Shown here piece after piece: positions 60,921 to 64,000 of a DNA stretch of 64,000 nucleotides (the stretch's first letter is position 1; each line of letters begins with the position of its first letter). Source of the DNA: Syncephalis fuscata S228 (lineage: Eukaryota; Fungi; Zoopagomycota); NCBI GenBank assembly GCA_025786725.1, contig JAHLTZ010000033.1:62001-126000 (forward strand). Direction: 5' to 3'. The notes beneath the pieces are model-generated. The model did not search any database. It saw only the letters and a program-made list of their open reading frames with translations, and was not told where the DNA came from. A program made the translations under genes and the position numbers.

Positions 60921-61665
60921 CCCTGGTTTTATCGTACTTTGACTCCCACATTTTAAGTTTCAAAGCAAAATTCGTTTCAATTGAAGTCATGTTGTTATGC
61001 ATAACAAAACACAAGTATAGTGTTTTTATTTGACTAGTTGAAATTCACAAAGCCGGCCATTATTGCTGTTGACCATGCGTAGAAAATTTGATTGAATATT
61101 AATAAAAAGCCATTGACCGCGATTCCATATCGTTTTGCAGTTGTTGTTGTTGTTACTACGTACAGTGTGGATTTCTTGCGTCTAAATGGTTTCTTCTATT
61201 TTCTAATATTCTAATATTGTATTATGGGAGATTTACGATGTAAGATACTCACTACGGCGACAAAAAGGTAAAACGACCAGCGTTTTTTGATGTTTACCAT
61301 TCTCTTGAGCACTTTTAGTATCAACTTGGTAGGTGCAGATTATTTGCCGACCATTGATAAAGCAAATGGCCTTCACCATGTGCAATAATGATAGGTTGGA
61401 TGTTTTCACCAGGAAGATCTTGTGGCGACAGTTGTAACCAAAATATACGGCATGCCGTTGAGGTTACTTAAACAGGTGTTGATGTATAATAACAGAAATA
61501 AAGACTAGGGATTGAATAGTGTTTTTTATTGATGTTCAAATACGCATGCTATTTATATTGTTATATTCGGCATTATCAGATAATATATTACTGACTAAAA
61601 CAATAAGATAGCAATAGGAAAAAGACAGTGAAATGAGTAAATAAAGAACATAGAAGTCAAAGTAC
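60917..61665 (-). mobile_element. Decayed Fanzor (eukaryotic TnpB) transposon remnant, copy 2, with terminal inverted repeats
   Basis: Across frameshifts: PIIIAHGEG/FALSMVGK*SAPTKLILKVLKR...FVAV/EYLTS*...NCKTIWNRGQWLFINIQSNFLRMVNSNNGRL..F, stop at 61026-61028. TIR core GTACTTTGACT (60934-60944) pairs with AGTCAAAGTAC (61655-61665). Confidence 0.85.
60919..61025 (-). ncRNA. Candidate Fanzor omega-RNA scaffold region
   Basis: Lies between the Fanzor stop and the 3' TIR, is partly conserved with 51800-51880, and contains several stem-loops. Position matches known Fanzor/TnpB loci; expression is untested. Confidence 0.45.
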
Positions 61666-61789
61666 AGTAGCTCCTACACCTTAATAACATAAATAGTAAA
61701 CGGTATCATTTATTTGCTACGATAACACTGCCATACTCTAAGTCATTATTTCTTTCTTAGTTTTTCTTACTTCTGTACACTCTTACGCC

Positions 61790-63466
61790 ATGGATCATAG
61801 TACCGACTATAGTAATTACCCACCTCCACCGCCACCTCGGCCGCGTAACGATCTGACTACCAGTGCTGTGCACAGCCATGGTCCTTCAATTCAGGCAAGT
61901 CCTGCGTCTACTATGAGTCGAACAGTGTCTGCAAGAGATGCGACCCACAGCTCTTACACACGACCATTCGGCACAGTAGAGCAAACACCTATCGCACAGT
62001 GTGCACGAGTGTATTTTACGCGACGCGATCTACTCGAGGCTGCACCCGACGATCCAGTACGTGCTGCAGAAGCTCGCGTACAGTGGTGTCGCTTTATAGG
62101 CCAAGTTTGCCGCGCTTGCGGGTTGTATCCTTTTCCAGCCAAATTATATAATGCCAACTAGCTGTCGTATCTATAACTTTAACGTATGCGTAGCCCGCTG
62201 ACAACGACCTCGACCGCTATGATGTTATACCATCGATTCTATGCTGTTCATTCATTAAGTGCATACTCGCCACAGGCAAGTAGGCTGGCCATCCCTACAA
62301 TGTGTCTGCTACTTACTCACAGTATACTGTAATATTAGGATGCAAGTGTAGCATGTATATTCGTGGCGTGTAAAGTGGAGGAAACATTAAAGCGACTAAG
62401 AGACATTCTGGCGATTGCTTTGCAACTACAGCGCAAAGATAATCAGCCTATTGATATGGCATTACCGGTAAGTAATGGATTTATTTAACATTAGATATTG
62501 TGTACGATATGCGTAAATAGGAATTTGAGTCACATCGTCAGAAAATCATCAACTTGGAACGATTAGTGCTGCAAGCACTATGCTTTGATTTCAGAGTTCG
62601 TCATCCTGGTGGCTATGTAATCAAATTTGTTCAGCGATTACAGGGTAAGTATTTTGCTAGCACATAGAGCATCGTTGGGTATGGCAATTAATAAGCAAAC
62701 CAATGAATTGTTTATTATTAGGCAGCAAGGAATTGGCGTATAAAGCTTGGACTATGACAATAGAAAGGTACGAGACATTTGTTAATTCATCATTTACTTA
62801 TTGCAATATTTCAGCTTCTTTACAACCTTGCCATTACAATACCCGCCACATTTAATTGCTGTGGGAGCCGTTGAAGTTGCACAGTTAGTCTATCCAAATC
62901 TTCGATTGTTACAACGCCACGGAAAAAAAGGCAATGCTTGGTGGAAATCTTACTACTGTCGTCGAGCAGATGTACTTGGTAGGTAGAAGTATTGGTAGAA
63001 TGCGCGCAATGTATTAATAATGCTATTGTTATAGATGTGTGTCTACAATTAGTTGACTACTACTGCGCCAATAACACCAATGAATTATCCATTTATCAAG
63101 CTGCACGTGATCGTATTCAACGACGTATTGATCGCGCAGCAATGCTAACAAAACGACCCGCTATTGAATCACGAAATGGTAATACAGCTTTGATATTGAT
63201 TATATTATAAGAGTATGCTAATAAAAAACATAGATGCCGATGCTAAACGACAGCGTGTACTGGCTGCTGGTAAACAAGATACTATTCGCTATGTTGTACA
63301 CCCGCAACAACTAGATATGCAAGACTCTGATGTATTAGGGACACGCTCGATCAGCGGCTCAGTATCTGAAACTACAGCAACTATAGAAACAGTCACTCAA
63401 AGGATAGACGGCGGTGAGGATATTATACTTGACACAACAACACCAGCAGCAGTTATTGACACATAA
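61790..63466 (+). CDS. Transcriptional cyclin of the K/T family (Ctk2/Pch1-like), ~8 exons
   Basis: VYFTRRDL...EARVQWCRFIGQVCRACGF|PLTTTSTAMMLYHRFY...|DASVACIFVACKVEETLKRLRDIL...LERLVLQALCFDFRVRHP...LPLQYPPHLIAVGA. Confidence 0.88.
62125..62193 (+). other. Probable U12-type (minor spliceosome) GT-AG intron
   Basis: Donor GTATCCTTTT; ACTTTAAC ends 10 nt before the exon junction; no pyrimidine tract; phase 2; removal restores the cyclin box frame. Confidence 0.75.
62276..62338 (+). other. GC-AG intron
   Basis: CAG|GCAAGT donor is the only nearby donor in phase with ...TTAG|GATGCA; read-through hits TAA. Confidence 0.75.
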
Positions 63467-63729
63467 CCAGTGTATTAATTAGTTTAATATAAACGCATTT
63501 AATTATTAATAAAGTTAAATTAGTACAACATTAGTATAACTGCCGCAACTACTTTGTTATAAACACTTGTAAACACTATACTACATCGCAAAACAAATAA
63601 AATCAAAAGTATATTTGAGTAGATTATAGCAAATCGCTTTATTATATTCTGTTTCACCGCTTCAATCAATAGTAATAGATGTACATCTTTGTTGCAACAA
63701 GTTATTGCACAAGTAAATATACTCTATAA

Positions 63730-64000
63730 CTAATAACTGGCTGGAATGTTGGTCTTCTTGGTGCAAGGAGTGGTTTTCTTCTCTGTAGCATCAGCCGTAG
63801 CTGTAGCATCATACACAGCAGTCTTTGTAGCGTCAGCCGTCTTGGGCTTAAAGCCACATTTCTCCTCCAATGCGGCAAATATATCCTTAAAGCTGTTAAA
63901 TCCAAAGTAATAAAGCACAGGTGCCTGGTTACCATCTCCGTTAACAGCATCATATAAAGCACGAGTGCATGGACCGTCGCAATCCAATTCTGCTCTCCAA
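63730..64000 (-). CDS. 3' end of an unknown protein entering from the right edge
   Basis: Open frame to the edge, ...DCDGPCTRALYDAVNG...FKDIFAALEEKCG...PASY*, with coding-like composition. Confidence 0.5.
   Translation of the reverse strand, partial: WRAELDCDGPCTRALYDAVNGDGNQAPVLYYFGFNSFKDIFAALEEKCGFKPKTADATKTAVYDATATADATEKKTTPCTKKTNIPASY

Noticed and set aside
61655-61670. Calling a TGTA TAM from the shared 5' flank of both Fanzor copies
   Set aside because: The TIR may extend ~15 bp further out, so these bases could be inside the element; more copies are needed.

Overview
Eukaryotic, AT-rich fungal nuclear DNA with many short spliceosomal introns. Gene content suggests an early-diverging fungus, possibly a Zoopagomycota mycoparasite such as Syncephalis (inference). 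Housekeeping genes include Xaa-Pro aminopeptidase, COX6/COX5A, SKP1, SAGA Ada1, a RING-H2 ligase, an RGS membrane protein, VAP/Scs2, UBC9, a complex I accessory subunit and a cyclin K/T. These are interleaved with repeat-rich accessory patches carrying secreted proteins (M28 and M36 peptidases, a VPV/Pro-rich protein, a CBM19-like mucin, two CAP copies) and pseudogenes. Highlights: (1) two decayed, internally deleted Fanzor (eukaryotic TnpB) transposon remnants at ~51.8-52.4 and ~60.9-61.7 kb, with a TIR core and a hairpin-rich conserved 3' end that is a candidate omega-RNA; (2) a probable U12 (minor-spliceosome) intron plus a GC-AG intron in the cyclin gene; (3) a 3.3-kb duplication carrying a CAP gene and ending in an ~870-bp foldback palindrome; (4) a stand-alone PFOR-domain-II-like protein; (5) recurrent single-base deletions in conserved genes, most likely assembly errors. 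All calls come from manual reading and translation, with no database searches.
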